From contig LSRY02000020.1 of assembly GCA_001643675.2 (NCBI GenBank), forward strand, positions 1,240,001 to 1,304,000: DNA of 64,000 nt, in the 5' to 3' direction. Positions 13,781 through 26,569 of the stretch are shown here, piece by piece. The first letter of the stretch is position 1, and each line of letters starts with the position of its first letter. This stretch comes from Monocercomonoides exilis PA203. Its lineage: Eukaryota > Protista > Preaxostyla. Made by a program: the position numbers and the translations under genes. The notes below the pieces were generated by a model that had not been told where the DNA came from, did no database searches, and saw only the letters and a list, made by a program, of their open reading frames with translations.

Positions 13781-14056
13781 ATATGGGGGAAAATACGGAC
13801 TTTCAAGCTTTCTTTGCACAAGGCACTGAAAAATTACTTCACTCATAACTTTGTTTCGCTTTCTCAGATTTAAAGATAAATTTGATTTTCATATCCTAAA
13901 ACAGGCATCTTTGAAATCAAAACATTAAATTTTCCAAAATTTCACGAATGTCAAAAAATGGACTCATTATTATTGTATTTTTTGATCTCAAAAAGTCAAT
14001 GAAAAGTGAATAATTTTTCAATGAAAATGCCTGAAGAAAAATATTTTGTCCCATAT
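13781..14056 (+). mobile_element. MITE family A, copy 1
   Basis: Termini ATATGGGGGAAAATA...TATTTTGTCCCATAT; homologous along its length to 16810-17086 and 42441-42714. Confidence 0.85.
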
Positions 14057-15519
14057 GTCCTTTTTTTGCTTAATATTTTTTATGAAACATTTCCGAAAAG
14101 CATCCTAATAACCTTTTGAAACATTTATTCATAAATCACATCATGAGCATTTGTTTTTCCAAAAAGATATTAATAAAGTTAAACATTGTTTTGAATATTT
14201 ATTATTTCCTTTTACATCGCAAAGAGATGCTAAAGATAATATAGAAGTGAAAACCAATCATATTTTACACATTATTTGTCGAAAAAACAGATTCAAATCA
14301 GTTTGCATTTCTGCTTAGCATCTCAGAAGGTTTAAGAAATATTTGTACAGAAAAATAAATACATTACTAATTGTTTGAATCATTATGATTAACAATTTCG
14401 ACAGAGTCACCAAAATAGCCTTTGATTGCAACACGATCGTGTATTCAAATTCAGAGTTAATAATTCGAAGAAAAATCGAAAATGGAAAAACATACACCAA
14501 CTTGTAATGATGAGCCTTCTTCTTTGTTTTCAAAGTATATTCGAATAAAAAATGAAAAGAATTGTAAAAAATATTTGATTTCAAGCGAAATATCAAACAA
14601 TCAATGACTAATTAATGCCATCACTAATTTACTGAATGGTTAAGATTTTTTCTTGCATTTTTTAAAATTCTTTGAACACTTGACAATTGATAAAATATGA
14701 TCAGTTCACATGAATGCATTGAAATGAAGTACACTTCAAAGATACAATTTGTGCATTTTTGTTGAACACTGTGATTCTCTTATCAATTATTATTCTGATA
14801 AATCCAAAATGAATTTCAAATTAGAACAAGAAAATAACAAATAGACTTACAGATATTCCAAATTCCCTTCATTTGTCTTTGAAATCATGCATTGATAAAT
14901 AATGACTACGGCAATTTTTTAATATAAGTTATTGTGACAATGCGAATGCTAACACTTTCAGATTTAAAATTATAAAGAAATAACATTCTATTAATACACG
15001 CGACATCTATTTATTCATGGAGATATTATTTCTTTGCAACCTCGATATTTTTCTGAATGAAAAATATTTTTACAACTTCAACCCTCAACTATATTTTTTC
15101 TTATTTTTTATCACTCCAAATTTTTGTGAAATATCAAAAAGCAGCAACACAAAAGCATATTTCATTATTTCTAGAAATATATTTCGGTTTTTTTCATAAA
15201 ATAGTTATAGTTAAAATTTTCTGATATCACGTTTGATATATACCAACAAAAGGATTATTGACATATCGAATGGAATACTATTTGGCAATAATAAACAATT
15301 TCAACACCAAGACATGAGCAGACAATGATTTTATTTTAAAGATTGAGACAAAACATAATAAATATAAAGATATAAGAAAAAGAATAATCAAAGAAAATTT
15401 CCAAAGAAAAGAACAAAAAGGAAAATTTTCCAATAAAGTTTGTGTTGTTCATTTAAGAAGGATAATTTTTTCATCTTGAATTTTTTCATGTTTCTTTATC
15501 TTAATGTTTTGGAACAGAA

Positions 15520-16270
15520 AGTTGTAAAGGGGATAGCGCTTGTGTGTTTGAGTGTTTCTTCACTTCGTGCTCTCAAATATATTCAAGTGGCGGACGGATG
15601 TTTTGCCAAAGTGTTCCGGCTGCTTTCAAAATGAGGAGCCTCCAGTTCATTTCGTGCTCAGCGGTGTCGAATGGTGGAGGAATGGAGTTGTATCCAGCTC
15701 AATCAACTGCTCCAAGCAACAACATTTATTGCTATTTCTTCTTCTTCCATGATTACCATTGCAACGCTTCCACTCCATGTGGCAACGATGTAATGTATCA
15801 TGATCGTTCCAATCATTTCCAATCATCGAATAATCCGTTCTATGAATCGTACACAACGAATACAAATGAAAGAAGATTGTGTTATGCATATGTGTCATCA
15901 AATAATTGGTATCTTCAGTATTTAGAAAAGAAGTTGTGGCTGAAGGAAGGGATGAATGATCTGTATGTTGGAGTCTGTGGAGATGACACGAGCAATCTGT
16001 GCGGGATGAGCGAGAATGTTCCGTGAAATACAGTGGGGCATGCAGTGCAGTCGAGCATGGTGCAGCTGAGTTCGACAATAACTGTGCTGAGTGGGATGCA
16101 TGTGAGAGAAAAGGAGACGATCATTGTTGGTGAAAATTTTTCTGTTGTGGGGATAGTTTAGTCAGTGATTGTGATTGGGACGAATTCTCTTTCTTCATCA
16201 TCGACAACGCTGTTCAATGTTGCTAACCAATAGTTTTGTGCAGTGTGCGTTGAACACAATGACAAAACGA
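15520..16270 (+). pseudogene. Fragment of Pmp/beta-helix surface-protein family
   Basis: GGG.ELY, FFFHD..C...GNDV, YVGVCGDDTSNLCG.SE..P*.TVGHA, with stops and frameshifts. Same motif order as 59100-59500. Confidence 0.7.
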
Positions 16271-16809
16271 CAAGTTGTCCATTGCAAAGTGTGTTTTTTT
16301 TGTTTTTAGGAAACAGAAAAACCTTCGCTTTCTGACAAACTGATTCTATCTTCAGCAACAGCTTACGATAATTCACTTACAATATCATCATCAGCGTGCG
16401 TGCGCTTTACAGTTTGAATTAAGTTTGCAATATGATAAAAAATTTTTTCATAATATTTAATAAATGGGTAATTCTGTTCGAAAAGTCTCACATGTTTAAT
16501 TTTCAATAAATCGAAAATTTCATATTTTGCTCAAAATTTTGTTAACATATACAAAACTTCTCTTATATGGAATCTATTTCTGGATAATGCTATTTCACCC
16601 ATTCATAAGAAGATTCGTGAGTTGAAACAGATATTTGAGCAAAATATAAAATTTTGGCTTTATTTGAAATTAAACATTTGCGACTTTTCAAAAAGAATTA
16701 CACAAATAATTATTTATAAGTTTATTATTTATTTTTCTTCAACATTCACTGATACACCTTTTTTACCACTTTATTTTCACGCAAATATTAATTTCTTTGT
16801 TGATTAAAT

Positions 16810-17086
16810 ATATGAGGGGAAAATATGGACTTTCAAGCTTTTTATACACAAAGCATGGAAAAATTGTTTCACTTATAACATTTTTAAACTAAATTAGATT
16901 TCAAAATAAATATGATTTTCATATCTGAAAACAAACATCATTGATGTGATCACAAAATGTTTTGTGACCTCACATGTTTTTCAAAAAATAAACCCATTTT
17001 TTATGTGTTTTTTGATCTCAAAAAGTTAATGAAAGGAGCATAATTTTTCAATGAAAATGCCTGAAGAGAAATATTTTGTCCCATAT
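16810..17086 (+). mobile_element. MITE family A, copy 2
   Basis: ATATGAGGGGAAAATATGGACTTTCAAGCTT...ATATTTTGTCCCATAT. Confidence 0.85.
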
Positions 17087-18029
17087 CAAATCGTTTTCTT
17101 ATATGTCTGCATGATCTCATTTAATTATCAATTAAAAAACTGTTCTTTTCTTATATCTCTTGAATATCCATTTTTCTTCAATAACACTTGTCTCACAAAT
17201 CGTTCATGATATTCTCATCCAAAATCTGATTATCTCGAGCTATACTTTCTTTTCTCCAACTTTAAATGCTTTTTATTATTCATGTGAATTTGATTTTTTG
17301 GTATGTGGAGAATGAATGAGAAAATGAAAGAAACGAATAATGAATTCTTCAAGAATAATTAAAAACATTCGAATATTGTAATTTTCCTTTTTATTGATTA
17401 ATTTTGCGTTTCACAAATATTGGAAACTTTTTTTTCGTAATCATAACAACAAACACTAATTTTTTAATATGAAAAACATATACACCAAAAATAATTCAAA
17501 TTCGAAAACTTTCAATCAAAATCGAAAATTTGACAAAAAAAAATAACTTTTTGTCAAGATAATTCAATTGTTGAAAAATATTGTTCCTTCATTTTTGAGA
17601 GCATTATCAGCAATGCATGTGTTGTTGATTTCTGCAAAATATGAAGATTTCGAACCAAAATAAACTCAAAAATAAAATATTAACATTACGTAGAACATTT
17701 GTTTCCTTCAATAAGAAATGAGTTGTTTTTGATGAAAAAACACGAAATGAGAGAGCCAATACAGTATTCTTCATTTTTCATAAAATTGGTAAAAAAATAA
17801 AAAATATCTATGAAAAATTTTCTATGAAGAAGAGTTCTTTCAATTGAAATGAGATTAAAAAAATGTTTGAATTTCTCTCATAATTTTTAATATGCAATTG
17901 GACAAAAGAAAGCAAAGAATGATATCGGGAAAAAAGATAAAGTCATTAAAATAACAAATATCATTAGTATTTCAACAATAACGATGTTTTTTAGACTATT
18001 ATTGATTTTAGTCACTTTTTAAAATTTTG

Positions 18030-18200
18030 AAGTTTTTCGAACTTTCGACTTTGCTTGAAAGTTTTTCGATTTCGTTTGAAACTTTTTCGACTTTGAATAA
18101 TAATTTTCGATTTTGAATGAAACTTTTTCGACTTCGAATGAAAACTTTCGACTTTGAATGAAAGTTTTTCGACTTTGGTTGAAAGTTTTTCGACTTTGAA
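18030..18200. repeat. ~20-21-bp minisatellite (AAAGTTTTTCGACTTTGAATG-like), ~8 units
   Basis: Recurring TTTTCGACTTTG cores at about 20-bp spacing. Confidence 0.85.
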
Positions 18201-18929
18201 TAATTTTTGGTGCAACAATAATGATCAAATAACATATCACACAAAGAAATTGTTAATAAGAACATTCTTTCTTGAGCAAGCTTCCAAGAAATTTTTTGTC
18301 CCAATGAAACTTTTACATTCGAAAATTTGTTAAAAATTGATGAATTACTTTTTTTTGTTGACTTGTTTGTTTGATATAGTAATAATAACAATCTTCTGTT
18401 TTAAAGCAATATTTAACAATTAAATAATGTCTGCAATAACACTGAAAGAACTGTCTTTTTTCAAAAACATATCAAAGTGTTATTAATGAGAAAATGAAAT
18501 CGTATAAGTTGAATTATTCTTCAATTGATTGATGTTCGTTCTTCATTAACATGGGTGATTTGAATTTGTCGTTAATAAGCGTTTATGTGCCACTTTTCTA
18601 AAACTTCTTTGCATTTGGGAGATAATTTTTGAAAAATCACCTCAGATCAAAAAATCAATCCATAATATATTTGTTTGATTCTTTCCATTCTAACTTCTTT
18701 AAGAAAAATATATTCATTCAAGATGAAAATTATTATATGAACTCATTTAGGGCATAATATCCTATTTCTTGAAATATCCAGTTTTTATTACATTTATTGA
18801 TCAAATTATAATTCTGTTTGTTCATAAAATCACATGGCAGAAGAAGCATCATTTAATTCTTAAACCTTCTTCTGAACATCAATGAAGCAATTGTCATTTG
18901 AACATCCTTAAGTGATAGGCAAAAAGAAT

Positions 18930-19826
18930 GCAGTGTTAATTCGTTTTTTGATAACTGTAGATGTGGCAGTTCTTCTTATGGTGCTGGAGGAGCAATTATT
19001 CCTTGAGATTTAGCTGACATTATTGTTAATTCAAATTGTATAATTCATATAGCAATTCAATGTGTGGAGGCAACTCTGTTTTCATATCAAAAATTCAATT
19101 AATTGTGGAACACTGTTTTGTTATTGTTTTTTTCACAATAATACATGTGTAAAAACAGGACATGATATTTATCTTTGTTATTCTTCAGAAAACAACATTG
19201 ATACATGCTTCTATTTAACCAGACAAACAAAAAACAGAGTCAGCGCAAATTATATGAAAATTTTTGATCGAAGTGAATGGATTCGTAACGATTTTGGAAA
19301 CGTGAGATTTGTTTCTTCAAATGATTCAGAATCCAATGCCATTGATACATATGCATGTGGACGGGATGAAAGCCATCCTTGCTGCACCATCAGCCGCTGT
19401 CTCACACAGCCGATTCCAGAATTTGTTACTGATATTGAGGTACTCACAGGAACAATTACCGAGACCAAAAGCGTGAATTGAAGAACAGATGCTTTATCAA
19501 TTTATGGCCAAAGCGATTTAGCAGCAACAGTCCAAATTGAATTTGAAACATCAGGGTTATCTCTTTTTTCAGTCTCCACAGTAACGTTGACTGCCAGAGA
19601 CTTTGTTCTTGTGTATGACTGTGCATATGAAAATAATCGTGGGTTAAGACTGTTTGAGATTACTGGAACAGGAGAGATGCATATTAGCAGATTGAACATA
19701 TCAACAGGAAGTGGGCAAACTTCAGAAACAGAATTTTTCTCAAAGCTGATAAACGTTCAGAATGAGATCCTTCAGATGGAAAGTGTGAACAGAGCAAAGA
19801 CTATTTCCGAAACTACGTTATTTTAA
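18930..19826 (+). pseudogene. Second fragment of Pmp/beta-helix surface-protein family
   Basis: GAGGAI, YCFFHNN...GHDIY, ACGRDESHPCCTISRC, with an internal stop at 19481. Confidence 0.7.
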
Positions 19827-20369
19827 TAATTGTCAACACAAGAAATTTCTTTTCCACCAACTGAATGAATATTCTATTGATTAAAAAGAACAATAACGCG
19901 ACATTTTAAAGACATTTGATGAAGAAAGAAATCGACAAATGCGCAGAATCCACAGTCGAAGCAGATGATAAATGAGACGATGCTCTGTAACAGTAGATAT
20001 TGGTTGATGAATCGAGGAAGATCAACGCTTTCCACTCGAAGAAGCCAGAAGCCGAACAGATTCAAAAGGATCAGAATAAGACGAGGAAGTGCGCATATGC
20101 AAAGTTGCAATGCGGTCGTTGCACGGAAGAAGATAGTTATCAGATGCTATCTCGATGCAAATCTGAGATAGATACAGCATTGTGAACGTAAACAAAAGTG
20201 CCATTGAGTTAATAGAAAGATGCATTGTTCACATCCGCAGCGACACCAACTTAACCACAGCATTCAAAGTGAAATTGAAATCACTTCAATCATCTCTTTC
20301 AAATGTCGTAATCTCTTCAATCGTTTCATTGTCTACAATCACCTCTGCACCCATTCCTGCTCCATAAGG

Positions 20370-22900
20370 CTTTAATTTAACATCTGACTTTTAACGTCCA
20401 CTTTCTCTTTTCATTCACATTCCTTTCACATTTTCTCAACACTGTTGTCTTCACGAATCGAATTTCCTTTCATCAAACTTTTTCCTTCATATGAAGAATT
20501 TCACCTATTCTGATTGCCAATTCATTGTGGAATCTCTATCTATTTCTCCGACTCCACAAGCTTCAGCATTTGCAGCGCACGCTCTTCAGCAGCCGGAGGG
20601 TCCATTACTTTTGCAGCTTCATCTGGTTCTCTTTGATTATTTTCTCAAAACACACTTTGCGGTGTTGGATAACCGCTTTTTCACCTTATTTATATCAACA
20701 TCCTTTCTCCCTCTTCCTTTTTCCTCTGCCTCTTCTTTCTCCTCCAGCACTGTGAGCTCCAACAACAGTCGCACCATCTGGAACAACGTCCTCCGCCCTT
20801 CTTTCCACAACACTTCCGACTGTACAGTCTCCACTCACCACTTCAGCACTACCCCAGCTGACACTACGGGAAGCACAATTACACAATTGTCGAGAACCGG
20901 CAAGCCGTTTTCACAATCGCGCCGTTCTCTGACCAAAATAGAGGAGATATACAGTTAACTGCATGGCACATATTCTGCAACAGCAATTACAGAGTGAAGA
21001 AGTTGAAGCGCTGGAGCACCTTTAGCCCAGATGCATATCATGGCAGATAGCACCCAGATAATCAAAATGCAACCAAGAAGATCCTCTGTCGCAATGCATG
21101 AAGCGTATTCTGATAGCACACACTGAAGAAATTCCATTTCATCTTGCGAAATTCCTCTGCAAGCTGCCCCTGATGAAGAATTCGAAGAAATCGATATATC
21201 GCAACAAAAAATAACATTATACAGAGCTTTTATCACCTCCTTCCGCGTTGCTGTTTCTGCCCTGCAGTAGTTCTGCAGAAACCCCAAAAACACAGATATA
21301 TCAGCCTCCCCCTTCTTCGACTGCATTCCCTCAAACTTCCCAAAAAATATCTTGATCTTCTTCTCTGACGCTCTTTCAACCACCATTTTGAAGAACTGGA
21401 AAAACAATATCTCGTCTACCATAAACTCCTCCAGCACAAGCTTCCCTCACGACCTAACATCCACAAATTTCATCCAAAAAAACTCCACTTCGCGGATTAT
21501 CCCCTGCAGCGCTCACTTTCTATTCTTCTGCTCCGTGTGCTTCTTCCGCGTTCACATGAACGCAAAATCCACTAACCACTGCCTCGGAACCGCAACTCCC
21601 GATCACACAGCGCAGCCCTTTCCTAGGTTTGCTGCAATATTATCTCCATGTATCCCCCAGATCGTCGACAGCATCCACGCCAGCAATGGCTGCAGCCCTG
21701 TCTTCAGCGGCATCTGCACCAGTTGCATCTGCACAGACGACTACAAAGCGAGCGGTTTCTGAAGCATACGCACCTTTTTATCCTCCATCTTTTCTTGCTA
21801 CCCATACACTGTGCTCATCAGCCACTTCATCTCCGTCGAAACTTCCAGCAAAGAAGGTTCATCAGCCCCTTTCTTCCCTGCTTCATCTATCCTTCGCATG
21901 CCTTCATAGCCACTGCAGTGCTTCTTCACACGACGCCTTCATTTTCTTTCAATCATGCTTCTTTTGTGCAAGAATCTTTTATTGTTTCTCAATCGCCTCA
22001 TTGAACAGCTCATTCTGCTCTTAAATCGTCTGCTCCTTCACTTTCAACAGCGCCATCAGTATCTTCATTTTCCTTCTCTATCTTGTACATCTTCTACTGC
22101 ACCGTAGCATCTGCTCTTCCACCACCTCCTCCACCATCGCTGTTTATTTTTCTCGCAACACTCACCCTGCGCCACACTTTTGCAACAACTCCCTTCCCAT
22201 TCAGGTCTGGCCCAAGCATCACAGCACTTCCATTTTTAATAATCGCTGCAATCTTCTCCTAACACTTTTCACACAGCCTCAACTGCAGAATCAATAAAGC
22301 CAAAGAAGGAATTATTCCACTCGATGCAGAGGCCAACAAAGAAAGTGTGGCAAACGGAAACCACAAAATCGCATGCGACCCTCCTCGGCTTCCACTCACC
22401 ACTTCACTATGCTGTTTCTGAAACTTCTATTCCTTCTAAATCTCTGCATTGATCAGCTCCTTCTTCTCCATCATCTCGACAAATTGCTCCAGCAGCGTTG
22501 AAGCTGCTGCATTGTATGCAGTTCTCAGCTCCAAAATGTTCCTCTGGCTCATCCGAATTATCTTGTAATTCTCCAGCAGGTTCTCAGCAAGCCATCTCGT
22601 CCACTTCAACATCCGCCCGTTGTCGAATATTTTTGCATCAACATAGAGATCTCCGAATGCCTCTTCTTCATCTCATGCTTCATGTCCTCGTGCTGCTCCT
22701 TCTTGTTCTCCTTCTCTTCACTTCTCTGCTTTCTATACTGCGAAGCAGACGAAGAATACAAAAGGCGCCTAAAGAAGAGAAGAATGCCGCTCTACTATGA
22801 TTACATGACTCTTTGTGAAATATATTCTCTTGTCTTCCAGCAGCTCGATCTGCTTCACAAACACAGCGTCTACAGTTTAACTTAAACTTTTGAAAAGCAA
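20370..22900 (-). pseudogene. Decayed fragment(s) of a large hypothetical protein gene
   Basis: GC-richer, purine-biased minus strand with short coding-like ORFs (20955-21437, 20637-20834) broken by many stops. Confidence 0.5.
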
Positions 22901-24003
22901 GAAGCGCTCGATATTTTCGAACTTCTGAAAAAGATGGAATAGTCTTTCTTCCTTGAATAAGTTTATATGAAATGAAGAAAGTTAAAATAAAATAAGCAGT
23001 CTACATTTTCATATGATGATAGTTCGAAAAATATGTTCAGAAATCTTTTTCTTTTTCTTTTTTGTTTATTTCCTAAAAGAAAAAAACTAACACAACTTAT
23101 CGATCATAAACAATTAACATTTTCGCTATAATATTCAACTATGATCAATTGTTCCCCAGTTAAAATACAAGAAAGTTCACAACTAATTATTTTTGTTCAT
23201 TTTTGTATTCATTGAAAGTTTCAGAGTTTAAAAACCTGCAAGATCAAAAAATTCAAAATCAACAGATTTGAAACTAATATAAAATATATTCATAATCATA
23301 ACTGAATTATCTTTGCATTAATTGTGACAAGTTGAATATAAAATTATATAAGCTCATTGTATTGTGAAATAAAAAAGGAAAAATTCAAATTGTGCGAGTT
23401 CTTGTTAAATAACAAAAAATATTGTAAAAAACTTCAATTATAATTAAATATATTTGATTTTCATAATGAAATTTGAAAAAAGAAAAACTTAAAATGCTAA
23501 TAAAAAGAAAAAACAAGCGAATATAACTTTTTAGAAATAATTACGGAAAACGTAAATTTTATTTTAATATATTGTGGGTTTGATCAGGCTAAAAAAAAGT
23601 GATTTTTCAAAAATTTTCACCCATTTATTATTTGAAGTTGATCTTTGATCTCAAATTATATTATTTTTGATTTTCAATTTTTTTTTTTAAAAAAAAATGA
23701 AAAATGATATTTTATCGAAATAAAATAAATTCAAAATTAAAAATATAAAGCAATCCTTTTGAAAAAATTAATAATTCTGCAATTAAAACTTTGATTGATT
23801 CAATTTAATATAGACGCGATTTTTATCTATCGTATATAATCACTATCAAATATTGTCATAAAAAGTTGTGCAAAAACCGATGTGATTATATCCGGTTTTG
23901 ACTGTATAATTATTATTTTGTGACATACGAGGCTTCAAGTGATTTATCAGGTCACAGAGGTATATTCGATCGGATCAAATATTAAAATTTTCCAATTTAT
24001 TAT

Positions 24004-24336
24004 AAAAACGATGAAATGAAAAAAATAATCGAGAAAATAAGAAAAAACAAAAAAATATTTGGAATTATTAATGGTCAATGTGTATGTTTCATGACATTAT
24101 CCCTAAAACTTGACGGAAAAAGAGAGTTGGTTAAAAATGGGCAAAACAAATGATCAAAAATAATAAAAAGATCCTTTGATCTTCATCAATAACTAAAATT
24201 GAAACAAAAAAATTTTTGGACTATCATTAACCAGAAAATAAACAGATAAAAGTGAGTCAAAAATATCTTTATGCTGTATTTATTCTGTTTCAACAACAAC
24301 AACAACATAACAGGGCTTATGAAATTTTGGGTTTAT
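24004..24336 (-). repeat. Right arm of 333-bp inverted repeat (partner 11249-11581)
   Basis: Direct comparison; includes (CAA)5 and CAGGGCTTATGAAATTTTGGG. Confidence 0.93.
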
Positions 24337-24747
24337 CGAACTTTGTTTCAATTTCATTTAAGTTAGTGTCCACCATTATTGACGCTAACAATATTTTCAT
24401 GAATAAAATATTTTTTTATCTCTTTCGTTAATTTAATTAGAATCTATTATCTTTTTTATTTTATATTGTCTATCTCTTTATTTTACAAAAACAAAAAAAA
24501 AGTTAGGAGCAAATTATTGTTTTTTTTTAAAAAAACAAAACTTTTGCCCCATATTTCAAAATTTGATAACAAATTCCAAAATTGGAGTGTTTTTTTCAAA
24601 GAAAAGCAACAATTTCAGTCTGATATTTGTGGTCAAAAACGACAATCTTTTATTTTCAGTTTCATTTTTTTCTACGGTAATTGTTTTTGAATTCAATTCG
24701 ATAATGATTACACTCTTAAGAATTGAGAAGAACAAATAACAAACAAA

Positions 24748-26192
24748 ATGGATGTTAACGATGTTGGAGATTCAATTGATGAATCACTTGAACTGTCTCC
24801 AACTGAATATTTTTTTGGTTCGTGCATTTCATAATGTTTTAAATGCTCAGTTTCATGCTTTTTATGATACTTGAAGAATTGTTTAATCAACTGGAAGATT
24901 GTGATGTTGATGAGCAAATACAGATAATCCTTGAAATGATCGCATTGATTGAAGAAATAGATGAAGGTGAATTTATTTCAGTCTTCAATGAAGAATTTTA
25001 TGATGAAATGGAAAAAATGATTGATTATGAAAAAATACCAATTGAATATTCACTGTTCTTTCTGAAGCATGTTGGATATTACTGTGAGTTGAAAAAATTG
25101 AAGATTTGTTCTTTTACAGATTCGTTGCTCTCGAAAAGGTTTGAGAAGATGATTGTCGATATAGAGAAGGAAAAGGAAGGAAAGGATGAAAATCTTCTTG
25201 CTAATCTTTGTGAATGCTATGTTTCTCTAAGTATTCTTATCCAATTTGAATTGGCTCCAATATGTGTGCCATGTCTTTTAAAAGTTGCTTTGAAGAAAGA
25301 GGAAAGCGAGGAGACTCAAACAGAAGTGGAATTAGCTTTACTCGCATTGACTTGTTTTGATCATTTTGTATGAACTTTTCTTTTTCCTTTTTGATATTAT
25401 TATTATCATTTCTTATTTGATTATAAGGAATTGGATAAAGAACTATATTTGAAGGAGGTCATCGAAATCATCCAGTATCATCGGGAACATCGCAACCTCA
25501 CCTACCTTGCCCATCATTCTGCTTGGAAGTTTTTGATTGATAGAATTTCTTTTCAAAGCAGTTCGGAAAGCAAGATTGTCAGTGAACATCATTTTGCAAG
25601 AGATGCAGGAAGAGAGTTGGATGAACTTTCAAAACACATAGATTGGAAGAAAAAAGAGGAGGAGGAGGAAGGAGAAAGAGAAACGAAAGACGAGATTGTT
25701 TTAATGGAATGGCTCCGAACCTCGAGTTCTTTCTTCGCCACATGCGGGTTTTTGACTGATGAATTTTTTGGGCTTTTAAGCAGCGCTGTGGGTGTGTTTC
25801 GATTAGCGTATGATTGCAATAAAGAAATAAACGATCGATGCATGTATTTATTTAAAGAAGCAGCGCTGAACATGCATGTGAAAGCTGAAGACTTGATAGA
25901 AAGCGGAGCAGTTGATGTTGTTTTGGAGAAAATAATCCAATTGGATACAACAAATGAGTTGCTAACATATTATTTGTTGTTTTTTAAAAGATTATCAAAA
26001 AGATTGAATGAAGCTCTTGTTGGAGACATTCACGAAGCAAATAGAAGGGCTTTGCAAAAGAAGATATTTGAAAAATTGGAGGAAGAAGGATACGAGGATT
26101 GCATTATTGGATTGAGCCTGTGCATGATACAAGATACGTTTTACGAAGATTATTTCATCAGAAAGCTGGCACGGTTGCTTGTGCTTTTATAA
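24748..26192 (+). CDS. Hypothetical protein of a lineage-expanded helical family (VPCLLKVALKKEESEETQ / FEKLEEEGYED motifs), 3 exons
   Basis: ATG at 24748, introns at about 24818-24875 and 25368-25427, TAA at 26192; ORFs 24843-25373 and 25431-26192. Confidence 0.8.
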
Positions 26193-26569
26193 AAAAGATA
26201 TTTATTTAAACATGTGTTGAATTGCTATCTCAGAGAGATGAGATGAAGGATTGAATGGAATGAAATCAGTGATTTTGAAAAAGAAAAAGAAGACAAATGT
26301 TTTCAAAAATGACAAAAAAATTAAAAGAGAAGAGAGTTTTTTCAATCATGCTCTTAAGAGATAGCGACAGTTAGATAAAAGGAATATCCGGTTCAATTCA
26401 TGCATTCTTCATTCATTTCATTCAATTTCTCATCATCGTATTTCAAATCACTATCTTCCTTTTTTTCAAACCCACCTTTTCTCACTGCGCAAGCCGTCAT
26501 TTCGAAAAGTATTTTTCCTCTCCTTCAAATTTTGTGATAATTGTGAAATAAAAAGGAAATAAGAAATGC

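Larger units (their letters stand above)
11831..23906 (+). mobile_element. pogo/Tigger-family DNA transposon, ~12.1 kb, with nested insertions and cargo
   Basis: Left TA|CAGTCTAAGCCGGATATAATCACATCG and right CGATGTGATTATATCCGGTTTTGACTG|TA match at 25/27, with TA on both sides. Subterminal ATATAATCAC repeats and a pogo transposase lie directly inside the left end. Confidence 0.8.

Noticed and set aside
18008-18391. CRISPR-like array or small repeat proteins
   Set aside because: Units are contiguous with no unique spacers, there are no cas genes and the context is eukaryotic; the ORFs are by-products of the minisatellite.
20370-22900. Non-standard genetic code (TAA/TAG = Gln) explaining interrupted ORFs
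   Set aside because: ARPC4, Fcf2 and DEK end in TAA, long intact ORFs lack in-frame TAR, and the broken regions also contain TGA and frameshifts.
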